NCBI RefSeq assembly: GCF_003018235.1
Contig: NZ_CP027437.1
Origin: Escherichia coli
GTDB taxonomy: Bacteria > Pseudomonadota > Gammaproteobacteria > Enterobacterales > Enterobacteriaceae
Reading direction: 5' to 3' (one strand)
Length of the DNA stretch: 64,000 bases
In this document: piece by piece, positions 30,366-42,687 of the stretch
Layout: each line of letters starts with the position of its first letter
Numbering within the stretch: the stretch's first letter is position 1
Notes under the pieces: generated by a model
The model's database searches: none
The model's input: the letters and a program-made list of their open reading frames with translations, nothing else
What the model was told of the DNA's origin: nothing
Made by a program: the position numbers and the translations under genes

Positions 30366-31079
30366 ATGGGCGCTTTTACCGGTAAGACAGTTCTCATCCT
30401 CGGTGGTAGCCGTGGAATCGGTGCCGCTATCGTACGTCGTTTCGTCACCGATGGAGCCAATGTACGATTCACCTATGCGGGGTCGAAAGATGCCGCTGAA
30501 CGCCTGGCACATGAGACTGGAGCGACAGCAGTATTCACAGATAGTGCTGACAGAGACGCTGTTATTGATGTCGTTCGTAAGAGCGGCGCATTGGATATCC
30601 TGGTGGTAAATGCAGGTATTGGCGTCTTTGGCGATGCCCTGGAATTAAATGCCGACGATATTGATCGCCTTTTCAAAATCAATATTCATGCTCCTTATCA
30701 TGCCTCTGTTGAAGCCGCCCGGCAGATGCCCGAAGGCGGGCGTATCTTAATCATCGGCTCCGTGAATGGCGATCGTATGCCTGTTGCAGGCATGGCTGCT
30801 TATGCCGCCAGTAAATCTGCCCTGCAAGGCATGGCACGCGGGCTGGCCCGTGATTTTGGACCGCGTGGGATAACCATCAACGTCGTCCAGCCAGGGCCAA
30901 TAGATACCGACGCTAATCCCGCCAACGGGCCAATGCGCGATATGTTGCATGGTTTTATGGCCATCAAAAGACATGGGCAACCGGAAGAGGTCGCTGGTAT
31001 GGTCGCATGGTTAGCAGGGCCAGAAGCCAGTTTTGTTACCGGCGCGATGCATACCATTGATGGCGCGTTTGGCGCATAA
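30366..31079 (+). CDS. bdcA: c-di-GMP-binding SDR-family protein BdcA (YjgI)
   Basis: 237 aa from ATG 30366. SDR motifs GGSRGIG and YAASK. Confidence 0.94.
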   Translation: MGAFTGKTVLILGGSRGIGAAIVRRFVTDGANVRFTYAGSKDAAERLAHETGATAVFTDSADRDAVIDVVRKSGALDILVVNAGIGVFGDALELNADDIDRLFKINIHAPYHASVEAARQMPEGGRILIIGSVNGDRMPVAGMAAYAASKSALQGMARGLARDFGPRGITINVVQPGPIDTDANPANGPMRDMLHGFMAIKRHGQPEEVAGMVAWLAGPEASFVTGAMHTIDGAFGA

Positions 31080-31209
31080 CCGACTACGCTCAATTAAGCC
31101 CAGCCATTATCCATGATGTCTGGGCTTTGTTTACTTACGTCGTCCGCTAAAAGCGGCTCCCGGTAAATATAAATCTTCTGTTCATGTCGTAAATCTTGAG
31201 GATAACCAA

Positions 31210-31605
31210 ATGGTAGAAAGAACCGCTGTTTTCCCTGCTGGCCGACATTCACTGTATGCTGAGCATCGTTATTCTGCGGCTATTCGTTCCGGCGATTTGC
31301 TGTTTGTTTCCGGGCAAGTAGGAAGTCGAGAGGACGGAACACCAGAACCCGATTTTCAGCAACAAGTCAGACTGGCCTTTGATAATTTGCATGCGACCCT
31401 GGCTGCTGCGGGATGCACTTTTGACGATATCATTGATGTTACGAGCTTTCATACCGATCCAGAAAAACAATTTGAAGACATCATGACGGTCAAAAATGAA
31501 ATATTTAGCGCCCCACCTTATCCAAACTGGACGGCGGTGGGTGTTACCTGGCTGGCAGGCTTTGATTTTGAAATTAAAGTGATAGCGCGCATCCCTGCGC
31601 AGTAA
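31210..31605 (+). CDS. yjgH: RidA/YjgF-family protein YjgH
   Basis: 131 aa. Synteny and family pattern. Confidence 0.9.
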   Translation: MVERTAVFPAGRHSLYAEHRYSAAIRSGDLLFVSGQVGSREDGTPEPDFQQQVRLAFDNLHATLAAAGCTFDDIIDVTSFHTDPEKQFEDIMTVKNEIFSAPPYPNWTAVGVTWLAGFDFEIKVIARIPAQ

Positions 31606-31885
31606 GCAATAGTGTTAGCCGTTCGTTTTCACACTCCGCCCTATAAGTCGGATGAATGGAATAAAATGCATATCTGATTGCGTGAAAGTGAAAAAGAAAA
31701 AAGCAGGAAATGTCTGCAATTATTGATACCGAACGACAGTTCTCCCCCAGAATCATATCAAATAAAAATGCATGTATTTTGACTTTTAATTCAAATAAAC
31801 CGTTTGCGCTGACAAAATATTGCATCAAATGCTTGCACCGCTTCTGACGATGAGTATAATGCCGGACAATTTGCCGGGAGGATGT

Positions 31886-32020
31886 ATGGTTCAGTGTGTT
31901 CGACATTTTGTCTTACCGCGTCTGAAAAAAGACGCTGGCCTGCCGTTTTTCTTCCCGTTGATCACCCATTCCCAGCCCCTCAATCGAGGGGCTTTTTTTT
32001 GCCCAGGCGTCAGGAGATAA
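31886..32020 (+). CDS. pyrL: pyrBI operon leader peptide
   Basis: 44 aa, MVQCVRHFVLPRLKKDAGLPFFFPLITHSQPLNRGAFFCPGVRR. Ends 3 nt before the pyrB ATG region. Confidence 0.92.
   Translation: MVQCVRHFVLPRLKKDAGLPFFFPLITHSQPLNRGAFFCPGVRR
31974..32000 (+). terminator. pyrBI attenuator (UTP-sensitive intrinsic terminator)
   Basis: agcccctc-aat-cgaggggct hairpin followed by T8, located inside pyrL. Confidence 0.9.
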
Positions 32021-32023
32021 AAG

Positions 32024-32959
32024 ATGGCTAATCCGCTATATCAGAAACATATCATTTCCATAAACGACCTTAGTCGCGATGACCTTAATCTGGTGCTGGC
32101 GACAGCGGCGAAACTGAAAGCAAACCCGCAACCAGAGCTGTTGAAGCACAAAGTCATTGCCAGCTGTTTCTTCGAAGCTTCTACCCGTACCCGCCTCTCT
32201 TTCGAAACTTCCATGCACCGCCTGGGTGCCAGCGTGGTGGGCTTCTCCGACAGCGCCAATACATCACTGGGTAAAAAGGGCGAAACGCTGGCCGATACCA
32301 TTTCGGTTATCAGCACTTACGTCGATGCGATAGTGATGCGTCATCCGCAGGAAGGTGCGGCGCGCCTGGCCACCGAATTTTCCGGCAATGTACCGGTACT
32401 GAATGCCGGTGATGGCTCCAACCAACATCCGACGCAAACCTTGCTGGACTTATTCACCATTCAGGAAACCCAGGGGCGTCTGGACAATCTCCACGTCGCA
32501 ATGGTTGGTGACCTGAAATATGGCCGCACCGTTCACTCCCTGACTCAGGCGTTAGCGAAGTTCGACGGCAACCGTTTTTACTTCATCGCGCCGGACGCGT
32601 TGGCAATGCCGCAATACATCCTTGATATGCTCGATGAAAAAGGGATCGCCTGGAGTCTGCACAGCTCTATTGAAGAAGTGATGGCGGAAGTAGACATCCT
32701 GTACATGACTCGCGTGCAAAAAGAGCGTCTGGACCCGTCCGAGTACGCCAACGTGAAAGCGCAGTTTGTTCTTCGCGCCAGCGATCTCCACAACGCCAAA
32801 GCCAATATGAAAGTGCTGCATCCGCTGCCGCGTGTTGATGAGATTGCCACCGATGTTGATAAAACGCCGCACGCCTGGTACTTCCAGCAGGCAGGCAACG
32901 GGATTTTCGCTCGCCAGGCGTTACTGGCACTGGTTCTGAATCGCGATCTGGTACTGTAA
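32024..32959 (+). CDS. pyrB: Aspartate carbamoyltransferase catalytic chain
   Basis: 311 aa ([36 protein letters not shown]...STRTR...HPLP). Confidence 0.98.
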
Positions 32960-32971
32960 GGGGAAATAGAG

Positions 32972-33433
32972 ATGACACACGATAATAAATTGCAGGTTGA
33001 AGCTATTAAACGCGGCACGGTAATTGACCATATCCCCGCCCAGATCGGTTTTAAGCTGTTGAGTTTGTTCAAGCTGACCGAAACGGATCAGCGCATCACC
33101 ATTGGTCTGAACCTGCCTTCTGGCGAGATGGGCCGCAAAGATCTGATCAAAATCGAAAATACCTTTTTGAGTGAAGATCAAGTAGACCAACTGGCATTGT
33201 ATGCACCGCAAGCCACGGTTAACCGTATCGACAACTATGAAGTGGTGGGTAAATCGCGCCCAAGTCTGCCGGAGCGCATCGACAATGTGCTGGTCTGCCC
33301 GAACAGCAACTGTATCAGCCATGCCGAACCGGTTTCATCCAGCTTTGCCGTGCGAAAACGCGCCAATGACATCGCGCTCAAATGCAAATACTGTGAAAAA
33401 GAGTTTTCTCATAATGTGGTGCTGGCCAATTAA
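32972..33433 (+). CDS. pyrI: Aspartate carbamoyltransferase regulatory chain
   Basis: 153 aa. C-terminal zinc domain CPNSNCISH...CKYCEK. Confidence 0.98.
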
Positions 33434-33505
33434 TTGCGGTTGGTAATAAAAGTCTGGCTCCCTATAATGAGCCAGACTTTTTACCGCTGTAATAAAGGAG
33501 AAATC

Positions 33506-33892
33506 ATGAGCAAAACTATCGCGACGGAAAATGCACCGGCAGCTATCGGTCCTTACGTACAGGGCGTTGATCTGGGCAATATGATCATCACCTCCGGTCA
33601 GATCCCGGTAAATCCGAAAACGGGCGAAGTACCGGCAGACGTCGCTGCACAGGCACGTCAGTCGCTGGATAACGTAAAAGCGATCGTCGAAGCCGCAGGC
33701 CTGAAAGTGGGCGACATCGTTAAAACCACCGTGTTTGTGAAAGATCTGAACGACTTCGCAACCGTTAATGCTACCTACGAAGCCTTCTTCACCGAACACA
33801 ATGCCACCTTCCCGGCACGTTCTTGCGTTGAAGTTGCCCGTCTGCCGAAAGACGTGAAGATTGAGATCGAAGCGATCGCTGTTCGTCGCTAA
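33506..33892 (+). CDS. ridA: Enamine/imine deaminase RidA (YjgF)
   Basis: 128 aa from ATG 33506 (MSKTIATENAPAAIGPYVQGVDLGNMIITSGQIP...). Confidence 0.96.
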   Translation: MSKTIATENAPAAIGPYVQGVDLGNMIITSGQIPVNPKTGEVPADVAAQARQSLDNVKAIVEAAGLKVGDIVKTTVFVKDLNDFATVNATYEAFFTEHNATFPARSCVEVARLPKDVKIEIEAIAVRR

Positions 33893-33950
33893 TCTTGACG
33901 GAAATCCGGGCTATCATGCCCGGATTAAGTCTGATGACAAAAGCAAAATC

Positions 33951-35259
<1,309 letters not shown>

Positions 35260-35284
35260 GTGATTCCTGCAATTTATTGAATTT

Positions 35285-35320
35285 GTAGGCCGGATTGGGC
35301 GTTTACGCCGCATCCGGCAT
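35285..35320. repeat. REP element
   Basis: gtaggccggattgggcgtttacgccgcatccggcat. Confidence 0.7.
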
Positions 35321-35377
35321 GAACAAAGCTCACTTTGTCTGCAATCTGAATCCGGGCCACCATGCCCAGTTTATTCT

Positions 35378-38074
35378 TTACTGCCAGCCGTAACGACGGC
35401 TATAGAACCCTTTCACCAACTGGGTTAACGTCATATACCCTGCCAGAATCGCAACCAGCCACGGGAAATAGCTTAACGGCAGCGCCTGCAGCTGCAGATA
35501 ACTGGCCAGCGGTGAAAACGGCAATGCGATCCCGACAATCATCACGATCACGGTCATGATCATTAACGGCCACGATGCACAGCTCTGAATAAACGGTACA
35601 CGACGGGTGCGGATCATATGCACAATCAGCGTTTGCGACAGTAAGCCCACCACAAACCAGCCCGACTGGAACAGCGTTTGCGTTTCCGGCGTGTTGGCAT
35701 GGAATACCCACCACATCAGGCAAAACGTCAGAATATCGAAGATCGAGCTGATCGGTCCGAAGAAGATCATAAAGCGCCCCAGATCCGCCGGATTCCAACG
35801 CTGCGGCTTTTGAATTTGCTCATCGTCGACGTTATCAAACGGGATCGCCACCTGTGACACATCGTACAGCAGGTTCTGAATAAGCAAGTGTAACGGCAAC
35901 ATCGGCAGGAAGGGCAAGAAAGCACTCGCCACCAGCACGCTGAACACATTACCGAAGTTAGAGCTCGCCGTCATTTTGATGTATTTCAGCATGTTGGCGA
36001 AAGTGCGACGTCCCTCAATAACCCCCTCTTCCAGCACCATCAGGCTTTTTTCCAGCAGGATGATATCAGCCGCTTCACGGGCAATATCTACCGCGCCGTC
36101 CACAGAAATGCCGATATCCGCAGCACGTAAGGCGGGCGCATCATTTATACCATCGCCCATAAAGCCAACCACATGCCCTTCGCGCTTCAGTAAGGTCACA
36201 ATGCGTTCTTTATGCATCGGCGTCAGGCGAGCAAACAGCGTGGTGCGCTGTGCGAGATTTGCCAGTTCATCGTCAGATAGCGTTTCAATATCACTACCAA
36301 TGACCACCTCTCCCGCGTCCAGCCCCACTTCATGGCACACTTTCGCTGCAACTAACTCACTGTCGCCAGTAAGGATTTTTACGGTAATGCCACTCGCTTT
36401 TAATGCCTTCAGTGCCGGAGCAGTTGTCTCTTTTGGCGGATCAAGGAAAGCAATATATCCTTCGAGGATCAGGTCGGATTCATCCGCTCGCTGGTAATCG
36501 CCTTCACGCGCTGGCAGGTATTTCGTCGCCACCGCAACCACGCGCAGCCCCTGACGATTCAGCGTATCGGTAACCCGCTTAATCTTACGCAGCATGATGT
36601 CATCGAGTGGTACAATCTCGCCATTGTGACGCACCTGCGAACACACATTGAGGATTTCCTGCAATGCACCTTTGCAAACCAGCTGATGGTGCTCGGTATT
36701 TTCTGCCACTACCACCGACATCCGGCGACGCTCGAAATCAAACGGAATCTCATCAATTTTTTGCCAACGGCTGGCCAGCGAGCGCGCTGACTCTTCATCC
36801 GTACGTTCGAGCACCGCGGTATCAAGCAGGTTTTTAAGTCCGGTCTGGTAATGACTGTTCAACCACGCGCTATGCAGCACGCGTTCGCTGGTTTTACCGG
36901 AGATATCGGTATGATTCTCCAGCACAATTTTGTCCTGCGTCAGGGTGCCGGTTTTATCAGTGCACAGAATATCCATTGCGCCAAAGTTCTGAATGGCATC
37001 CAGATGCTTGACGATCACTTTCTGTTTCGACAGCTTTACTGCGCCGCGCGCCAGCGTCGAGGTAACAATCATCGGCAACATTTCTGGCGTTAAGCCTACC
37101 GCGACCGAAAGCGCAAACAGTGCCGCTTCCCACCAGTCACCTTTGGTGTAACCGTTGATAAGCAACACCACCGGAGCCATCACCAGCATAAAGCGAATCA
37201 GCAGCATACTGACGCGGCTGATCCCTTGCTGAAAGGCATTCGGCTCGCTTTCCTGCTCACTAACACGCCCCGCCAGTTGACCAAACCAAGTGTTGGCTCC
37301 TGTAGCAATCACCATTGCTTGTGCCGTGCCGCTCACCACGGTGGTGCCCATAAAACACAGGGTGTCGCACTCCAGCGGATTGCTGTGCTCCGGCTGGCGA
37401 GTGGTTGCAGCTTTTTCTACGGGCAGAGACTCGCCGGTTAACGACGCCTGAGCGACGAACAGATCCCGCGCCTGCAAGATACGTAAATCTGCCGGGATCA
37501 TATCTCCCGCCGCCAGTTTTATAATATCGCCGGGCACCAGCTGGTCGATCGGGATCTCCAGCCAGCCATTTTCGCCTTTGTCGTTAATTACGCGCAGCAC
37601 CGTCGCGGTATTGCTGACCATCGCTTTCAGGGCATCTGCCGCTTTAGTGGAACGTGCTTCCTGAATAAAGTTCAGCAACGTAGAAATAGCGACCATTAGC
37701 GCGATAACACCCGCGGCAAATAAATCTTCCGTGGCGTAAGAAATAGCGCCGAGAATGGTGAGTAAAATATTAAAGGGGTTGCGATAGCAGACCCATAAAT
37801 GAACCCACCACGGCGACGGTTGTTGTGCGGGTAATTTATTTTCACCATGTTGTTCGCGGGCAGATTCCACTTCCGCCTGATTTAATCCTTCCGGATGGGT
37901 GTCGAACGTTTTCCACAATTCTTCTTCGGGCATCACCGCCATTTTCAGGCAATGCGCACTTAAGGACGGCGGGACCGCCGTATTCACTGTCTGCTGCGCG
38001 CCAGGCAATGGATCGCGATGAACCAGACGGGAAGGTAAATGGCGAATGAACCGGGTAAAAATTTCTTTAAACAT
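35378..38074 (-). CDS. mgtA: Mg2+-importing P-type ATPase MgtA
   Basis: 898 aa. DKTGTLT phosphorylation motif, TGD, GDGINDAPAL. Confidence 0.98.
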   Translation of the reverse strand: MFKEIFTRFIRHLPSRLVHRDPLPGAQQTVNTAVPPSLSAHCLKMAVMPEEELWKTFDTHPEGLNQAEVESAREQHGENKLPAQQPSPWWVHLWVCYRNPFNILLTILGAISYATEDLFAAGVIALMVAISTLLNFIQEARSTKAADALKAMVSNTATVLRVINDKGENGWLEIPIDQLVPGDIIKLAAGDMIPADLRILQARDLFVAQASLTGESLPVEKAATTRQPEHSNPLECDTLCFMGTTVVSGTAQAMVIATGANTWFGQLAGRVSEQESEPNAFQQGISRVSMLLIRFMLVMAPVVLLINGYTKGDWWEAALFALSVAVGLTPEMLPMIVTSTLARGAVKLSKQKVIVKHLDAIQNFGAMDILCTDKTGTLTQDKIVLENHTDISGKTSERVLHSAWLNSHYQTGLKNLLDTAVLERTDEESARSLASRWQKIDEIPFDFERRRMSVVVAENTEHHQLVCKGALQEILNVCSQVRHNGEIVPLDDIMLRKIKRVTDTLNRQGLRVVAVATKYLPAREGDYQRADESDLILEGYIAFLDPPKETTAPALKALKASGITVKILTGDSELVAAKVCHEVGLDAGEVVIGSDIETLSDDELANLAQRTTLFARLTPMHKERIVTLLKREGHVVGFMGDGINDAPALRAADIGISVDGAVDIAREAADIILLEKSLMVLEEGVIEGRRTFANMLKYIKMTASSNFGNVFSVLVASAFLPFLPMLPLHLLIQNLLYDVSQVAIPFDNVDDEQIQKPQRWNPADLGRFMIFFGPISSIFDILTFCLMWWVFHANTPETQTLFQSGWFVVGLLSQTLIVHMIRTRRVPFIQSCASWPLMIMTVIVMIVGIALPFSPLASYLQLQALPLSYFPWLVAILAGYMTLTQLVKGFYSRRYGWQ

Positions 38075-38340
38075 AAGGAGTCCCTCCGCACTGTCTGAAA
38101 CAGTACAGAAATGTCTTCAGGCGTGGCGAAGCCTTACCTGAAGGTAATAAAGCTGAGCAGGGACGTTAAAACGTCACGGCCTTACGCATCCGGTAACGCC
38201 GTGAAAAGACGGGCTTACCGGAAAAGTTTTAATCTCCGTCGAGGGAGAGGCGTGGGATCAGGTTCCATATAACCTCCGGTAAGTGAAAAAAGCGCCGCAA
38301 ATAATAAGGAGAATCCAATAATATTCGTAGCATCTATGGC
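38075..38340 (-). promoter_or_regulatory. mgtA 5' leader (Mg2+/proline-responsive attenuation region); upstream limit approximate
   Basis: Long untranslated leader between the promoter region and the mgtA ATG. Contains mgtL. Confidence 0.7.
38215..38268 (-). CDS. mgtL: mgtA leader peptide MgtL
   Basis: 17 aa, [17 protein letters not shown], read codon by codon on the minus strand. Pro-rich, as expected. Confidence 0.9.
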
Positions 38341-38452
38341 GATATAATACCTGCTGGCAACTAAACCAACGATAAACCAGACTTTACCCATTGCTGAATG
38401 CACGGGTAAAGTTAGGCTCAAATAATTAAACAACACGTTACGGGACAACAGG

Positions 38453-39400
38453 ATGCAAAATCGGCTGACCATCAAAGACATCGCGCGCTTAAGCGGCGTG
38501 GGGAAATCTACGGTTTCCCGGGTGCTGAATAACGAAAGCGGCGTGAGCCAGCGCACGCGCGAGCGTGTTGAAGCAGTGATGAATCAGCATGGATTTTCCC
38601 CTTCCCGCTCTGCGCGCGCTATGCGTGGGCAAAGCGATAAAGTGGTCGCCATCATTGTTACCCGTCTGGATTCGTTGTCAGAAAATCTCGCCGTTCAAAC
38701 CATGCTGCCAGCGTTCTATGAACAAGGTTACGATCCAATCATGATGGAAAGTCAGTTTTCCCCGCAATTAGTTGCCGAACATTTGGGGGTGCTGAAACGG
38801 CGTAATATCGACGGCGTAGTGCTGTTCGGTTTTACCGGCATAACAGAAGAAATGTTAGCCCACTGGCAGTCATCGCTGGTTCTGCTGGCGCGTGACGCAA
38901 AAGGCTTTGCTTCGGTCTGTTATGACGACGAAGGGGCAATCAAGATCCTGATGCAACGGCTGTATGACCAGGGACATCGTAATATCAGTTATCTCGGCGT
39001 GCCGCACAGTGACGTGACGACCGGTAAGCGACGTCACGAAGCCTACCTGGCGTTCTGCAAAGCGCATAAACTGCATCCCGTTGCCGCCCTGCCAGGCCTT
39101 GCTATGAAGCAAGGCTATGAGAACGTAGCAAAAGTGATTACGCCTGAAACTACCGCCTTACTGTGCGCAACCGACACGCTGGCACTTGGTGCAAGTAAAT
39201 ACCTGCAAGAGCAACGCATCGACACCTTGCAACTGGCGAGCGTCGGTAATACGCCGTTAATGAAATTCCTCCATCCGGAGATCGTCACCGTAGATCCTGG
39301 TTACGCCGAAGCTGGACGCCAGGCGGCCTGCCAGTTGATCGCGCAGGTAACCGGGCGCAGCGAACCGCAACAAATCATCATCCCCGCCACCCTGTCCTGA
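38453..39400 (+). CDS. treR: Trehalose operon repressor TreR (LacI family)
   Basis: 315 aa. N-terminal HTH LTIKDIARLSGVGKSTVSRVLN. Confidence 0.97.
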   Translation: MQNRLTIKDIARLSGVGKSTVSRVLNNESGVSQRTRERVEAVMNQHGFSPSRSARAMRGQSDKVVAIIVTRLDSLSENLAVQTMLPAFYEQGYDPIMMESQFSPQLVAEHLGVLKRRNIDGVVLFGFTGITEEMLAHWQSSLVLLARDAKGFASVCYDDEGAIKILMQRLYDQGHRNISYLGVPHSDVTTGKRRHEAYLAFCKAHKLHPVAALPGLAMKQGYENVAKVITPETTALLCATDTLALGASKYLQEQRIDTLQLASVGNTPLMKFLHPEIVTVDPGYAEAGRQAACQLIAQVTGRSEPQQIIIPATLS

Positions 39401-39439
39401 TCGTTTCCTGAACGATAAATTGTGATCTTCGCTGCGTTT

Positions 39440-39453
39440 CGGGAACGTTCCCG
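39440..39453. promoter_or_regulatory. Putative TreR operator (perfect 14-bp palindrome) in the treB promoter
   Basis: cgggaacgttcccg is its own reverse complement with a central CG, as in LacI-family operators. It lies about 65 nt upstream of the treB ATG. A TGTGA half-site at 39421-39425 may belong to a CRP site. Confidence 0.6.
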
Positions 39454-39518
39454 TTTTTAAATTTTTCCGCGCAATATATTCTGCAGCCAACCAAAAATGT
39501 CATCTGCCATGGGGCTTT

Positions 39519-40940
39519 ATGATGAGCAAAATAAACCAAACGGATATCGATCGGTTGATTGAACTGGTCGGCGGGCGCGGCAATATTGCGACGGTGAGCC
39601 ACTGTATTACTCGCCTGCGCTTTGTCCTCAACCAACCGGCCAATGCCAGACCGAAAGAAATTGAGCAACTCCCCATGGTGAAAGGCTGTTTCACCAATGC
39701 CGGGCAATTTCAGGTGGTGATTGGCACCAACGTGGGTGATTACTATCAAGCACTGATTGCGTCAACCGGACAGGCGCAGGTTGATAAAGAGCAGGTAAAA
39801 AAAGCCGCACGGCAGAATATGAAATGGCATGAGCAGTTGATCTCTCATTTCGCGGAGATCTTCTTCCCGTTGCTGCCCGCGCTGATTAGCGGCGGTTTGA
39901 TCCTCGGGTTTCGCAATGTGATCGGCGATTTGCCCATGAGCAACGGTCAAACGCTGGCGCAAATGTACCCTTCCCTGCAAACGATCTACGATTTTCTGTG
40001 GTTGATCGGTGAAGCGATCTTCTTCTACCTGCCGGTCGGGATTTGCTGGTCAGCGGTGAAAAAAATGGGCGGCACGCCGATCCTTGGTATCGTGCTTGGC
40101 GTAACGCTGGTTTCTCCACAGCTGATGAACGCTTATCTGCTCGGGCAGCAGCTGCCAGAAGTGTGGGACTTTGGCATGTTCAGCATCGCCAAAGTGGGCT
40201 ATCAGGCGCAGGTGATCCCGGCACTGTTAGCCGGGCTGGCGCTGGGCGTTATTGAAACTCGCCTTAAACGCATCGTGCCGGATTACCTCTATCTGGTGGT
40301 GGTGCCCGTCTGTTCGCTGATCCTCGCGGTGTTCCTCGCCCATGCGCTGATTGGTCCGTTTGGTCGCATGATTGGCGATGGCGTTGCCTTTGCGGTACGT
40401 CACCTGATGACCGGCAGCTTTGCTCCGATTGGCGCGGCATTGTTTGGCTTCCTGTACGCCCCACTGGTGATCACCGGCGTACACCAGACCACGCTTGCTA
40501 TTGATTTGCAGATGATTCAAAGCATGGGTGGCACGCCAGTGTGGCCGCTGATTGCACTGTCGAATATCGCTCAGGGCTCCGCCGTGATAGGTATTATCAT
40601 TTCCAGCCGCAAGCACAATGAACGCGAGATCTCCGTGCCTGCCGCTATCTCCGCCTGGCTTGGAGTCACTGAGCCTGCTATGTACGGCATCAACCTGAAA
40701 TATCGCTTCCCGATGCTGTGCGCGATGATTGGTTCTGGTCTGGCAGGATTGCTATGCGGCCTGAACGGCGTTATGGCGAATGGCATCGGCGTAGGCGGCC
40801 TGCCGGGAATTCTCTCGATTCAACCGAGCTACTGGCAGGTGTTTGCGCTGGCAATGGCTATCGCCATCATCATCCCGATTGTACTCACCTCGTTTATCTA
40901 TCAGCGGAAATACCGCCTGGGCACGCTGGACATTGTTTAA
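39519..40940 (+). CDS. treB: PTS trehalose-specific EIIBC
   Basis: 473 aa (MMSKINQTDIDRLIELVGGRGNIATVSHCITRLRF...). Confidence 0.97.
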   Translation: MMSKINQTDIDRLIELVGGRGNIATVSHCITRLRFVLNQPANARPKEIEQLPMVKGCFTNAGQFQVVIGTNVGDYYQALIASTGQAQVDKEQVKKAARQNMKWHEQLISHFAEIFFPLLPALISGGLILGFRNVIGDLPMSNGQTLAQMYPSLQTIYDFLWLIGEAIFFYLPVGICWSAVKKMGGTPILGIVLGVTLVSPQLMNAYLLGQQLPEVWDFGMFSIAKVGYQAQVIPALLAGLALGVIETRLKRIVPDYLYLVVVPVCSLILAVFLAHALIGPFGRMIGDGVAFAVRHLMTGSFAPIGAALFGFLYAPLVITGVHQTTLAIDLQMIQSMGGTPVWPLIALSNIAQGSAVIGIIISSRKHNEREISVPAAISAWLGVTEPAMYGINLKYRFPMLCAMIGSGLAGLLCGLNGVMANGIGVGGLPGILSIQPSYWQVFALAMAIAIIIPIVLTSFIYQRKYRLGTLDIV

Positions 40941-40989
40941 TTTTCTTCGGGGCGCAATTGCGCCCCCTCGCATTTGCAGGAATAACGTA

Positions 40990-42645
40990 ATGACTCATCT
41001 TCCCCACTGGTGGCAAAACGGCGTTATCTACCAGATTTATCCAAAAAGTTTTCAGGACACCACGGGTAGCGGCACCGGCGATTTACGTGGCGTTATCCAA
41101 CGCCTGGATTATCTGCATAAACTGGGCGTTGATGCCATCTGGCTAACCCCCTTTTATGTCTCTCCCCAGGTCGATAACGGTTACGACGTAGCGAATTATA
41201 CGGCGATTGATCCCACCTATGGCACGCTGGACGATTTTGACGAACTGGTGACACAGGCAAAATCGCGCGGGATTCGTATCATTCTCGATATGGTGTTTAA
41301 CCATACCTCTACCCAACATGCCTGGTTTCGCGAGGCGCTGAACAAAGCAAGCCCTTACCGCCAGTTTTATATCTGGCGCGATGGAGAACCAGAAACACCA
41401 CCGAACAACTGGCGTTCAAAATTTGGCGGTAGTGCGTGGCGCTGGCATGCGGAAAGCGAACAGTACTATTTGCATCTCTTTGCACCAGAACAGGCGGATC
41501 TCAACTGGGAGAATCCAGCGGTACGCGCAGAGCTGAAAAAAGTCTGTGAGTTCTGGGCCGATCGTGGGGTCGACGGGTTGCGCCTGGATGTGGTGAATCT
41601 GATCTCCAAAGATCCGCGTTACCCTGAAGACCAGGATGGCGACGGGCGTCGCTTCTACACCGACGGGCCACGAGCACACGAGTTTTTGCACGAGATGAAC
41701 CGCGATGTGTTTACGCCACGCGGGTTAATGACCGTAGGTGAAATGTCCTCCACCAGCCTTGAGCATTGCCAGCGATACGCGGCTCTGACAGGCAGTGAAT
41801 TGTCGATGACCTTTAATTTTCATCACCTGAAGGTCGATTATCCCGGTGGTGAGAAATGGACGCTGGCTAAACCTGACTTTGTGGCGTTGAAAACATTGTT
41901 CCGCCACTGGCAACAAGGAATGCACAACGTGGCATGGAATGCCTTGTTCTGGTGTAACCACGATCAGCCGCGCATTGTTTCTCGCTTTGGTGATGAAGGT
42001 GAATACCGCGTGCCTGCGGCAAAAATGCTGGCGATGGTGCTGCATGGCATGCAGGGAACGCCGTATATCTACCAGGGCGAAGAGATTGGCATGACCAACC
42101 CGCATTTCACGCGCATTACTGACTATCGCGACGTGGAGAGCCTCAATATGTTTGCCGAGCTGCGCAACGATGGGCGTGATGCCGACGAGTTATTGGCAAT
42201 CCTCGCCAGTAAATCCCGTGACAACAGTCGCACACCCATGCAATGGAGCAACGACGATAATGCCGGGTTTACGGCTGGCGAACCGTGGATTGGCCTGGGC
42301 GATAACTATCAACAAATCAACGTAGAAGCCGCGCTGGCCGATGAGTCCTCGGTGTTTTACACCTACCAAAAGTTAATCGCACTGCGTAAGCAAGAAGCCG
42401 TTCTGACATGGGGCGATTACCAGGATCTGCTGCCAAACAGCCCTGTATTGTGGTGCTATCGCCGTGAATGGAAGGGGCAAACCTTACTGGTCATTGCCAA
42501 CCTTAGCCGTGAGACCCAACCCTGGCAGCCAGGGAAAATGCTCGGCAACTGGCAGCTTGTGATGCATAACTACGAAGAAGCCTCACCACAACCCTGTGCC
42601 ATGACTTTACGGCCTTTTGAGGCTGTCTGGTGGTTACAGAAGTAA
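40990..42645 (+). CDS. treC: Trehalose-6-phosphate hydrolase
   Basis: 551 aa from ATG 40990 (MTHLPHWWQNGVIYQIYPKSFQD...), GH13 family. The longer ORF-track extension overlaps treB and is spurious. Confidence 0.97.
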   Translation: MTHLPHWWQNGVIYQIYPKSFQDTTGSGTGDLRGVIQRLDYLHKLGVDAIWLTPFYVSPQVDNGYDVANYTAIDPTYGTLDDFDELVTQAKSRGIRIILDMVFNHTSTQHAWFREALNKASPYRQFYIWRDGEPETPPNNWRSKFGGSAWRWHAESEQYYLHLFAPEQADLNWENPAVRAELKKVCEFWADRGVDGLRLDVVNLISKDPRYPEDQDGDGRRFYTDGPRAHEFLHEMNRDVFTPRGLMTVGEMSSTSLEHCQRYAALTGSELSMTFNFHHLKVDYPGGEKWTLAKPDFVALKTLFRHWQQGMHNVAWNALFWCNHDQPRIVSRFGDEGEYRVPAAKMLAMVLHGMQGTPYIYQGEEIGMTNPHFTRITDYRDVESLNMFAELRNDGRDADELLAILASKSRDNSRTPMQWSNDDNAGFTAGEPWIGLGDNYQQINVEAALADESSVFYTYQKLIALRKQEAVLTWGDYQDLLPNSPVLWCYRREWKGQTLLVIANLSRETQPWQPGKMLGNWQLVMHNYEEASPQPCAMTLRPFEAVWWLQK

Positions 42646-42657
42646 ATCTTCGCTAAG

Positions 42658-42687
42658 CCCCGGTAATGCCTGTCATTCCGGGGTTTT
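42658..42687 (+). terminator. treBC terminator
   Basis: ccccgg...ccgggg hairpin followed by tttt. Confidence 0.7.

Noticed and set aside
38215-38556. 113-aa minus-strand ORF upstream of mgtA
   Set aside because: Only its last 17 codons ([17 protein letters not shown]) correspond to the known leader peptide MgtL. The remainder overlaps the treR start region and has no support.
40843-40989. N-terminal extension of the treC ORF to 600 aa
   Set aside because: The extension overlaps the treB coding sequence. ATG 40990 (MTHLPHWWQNG...) gives the expected 551-aa TreC.
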